NCBI RefSeq assembly: GCF_004010195.1
Contig: NC_057716.1
Coordinates: 104,808,822 to 104,871,088, forward strand
Direction of reading: 5' to 3'
Length of the DNA: 62,267 nucleotides
DNA from: Chiloscyllium plagiosum
Taxonomy: Eukaryota
The notes under the pieces are model-generated. The model was not told where the DNA came from and made no database searches. It was given only the letters and a program-made list of their open reading frames with translations. Positions 62,078 to 62,267 of the stretch are shown here, piece after piece. The position numbers and the translations under genes were made by a program. The number at the start of each line of letters is the position of its first letter. Positions within the stretch are counted from its first letter, which is position 1.

Positions 62078-62267
62078 CTGTAAATTCCTGTCTCTTTGCC
62101 CCCCCCCCCCAATCAACTTTTGAAAATCTTAGCTCTTCCCCTATATTAATTCTGCCTGTTGGGTGGTATTGAGGTAAAATTAGTTCTTGGCTTTCCCCTC
62201 CCATCACCCCCCCCCCCCTCTCTCTCTCCCCAAATCCCCCCTCCTCCCTCTCCCCAAATCCCCCCTC

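Noticed and set aside
31910-62267. PEA15 or other syntenic neighbours of DCAF8
   Set aside because: No matching peptide found by eye on either strand; small exons could have been missed.

Overview
Vertebrate genomic DNA from a draft assembly. The repeat content (HE1-type tRNA/V-SINEs, HER1/CR1 LINEs) points to an elasmobranch, probably a shark; this is an inference. There are 8 N-gaps, three of them exactly 500 N (1130-1629, 31410-31909, 53745-54244), which look like unsized scaffold joins. The one clear gene is DCAF8 (WDR42A) on the + strand. It has a CpG-island promoter at about 4.4-5.4 kb with eight YY1-type motifs, candidate 5'UTR micro-exons, and nine coding exons (23147-29364, 495 codons in frame). 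I could not find its last coding exons, which probably lie in or beyond the 31410 gap. Most of the remainder is retroelements: CR1/HER1 LINEs, HE1 SINEs, a decayed near-full-length RTE LINE, Penelope-like (GIY-YIG) fragments and several minisatellites. The most interesting signal is a dense set of minimal type-I hammerhead ribozyme motifs (CUGANGA-N-stem II-GAAA-palindromic stem III-NUH). They fall into at least three sequence families and sit on Penelope termini and on short, often fold-back, non-coding elements with 11-15 bp target-site duplications. Repeat boundaries were set by eye and are approximate.
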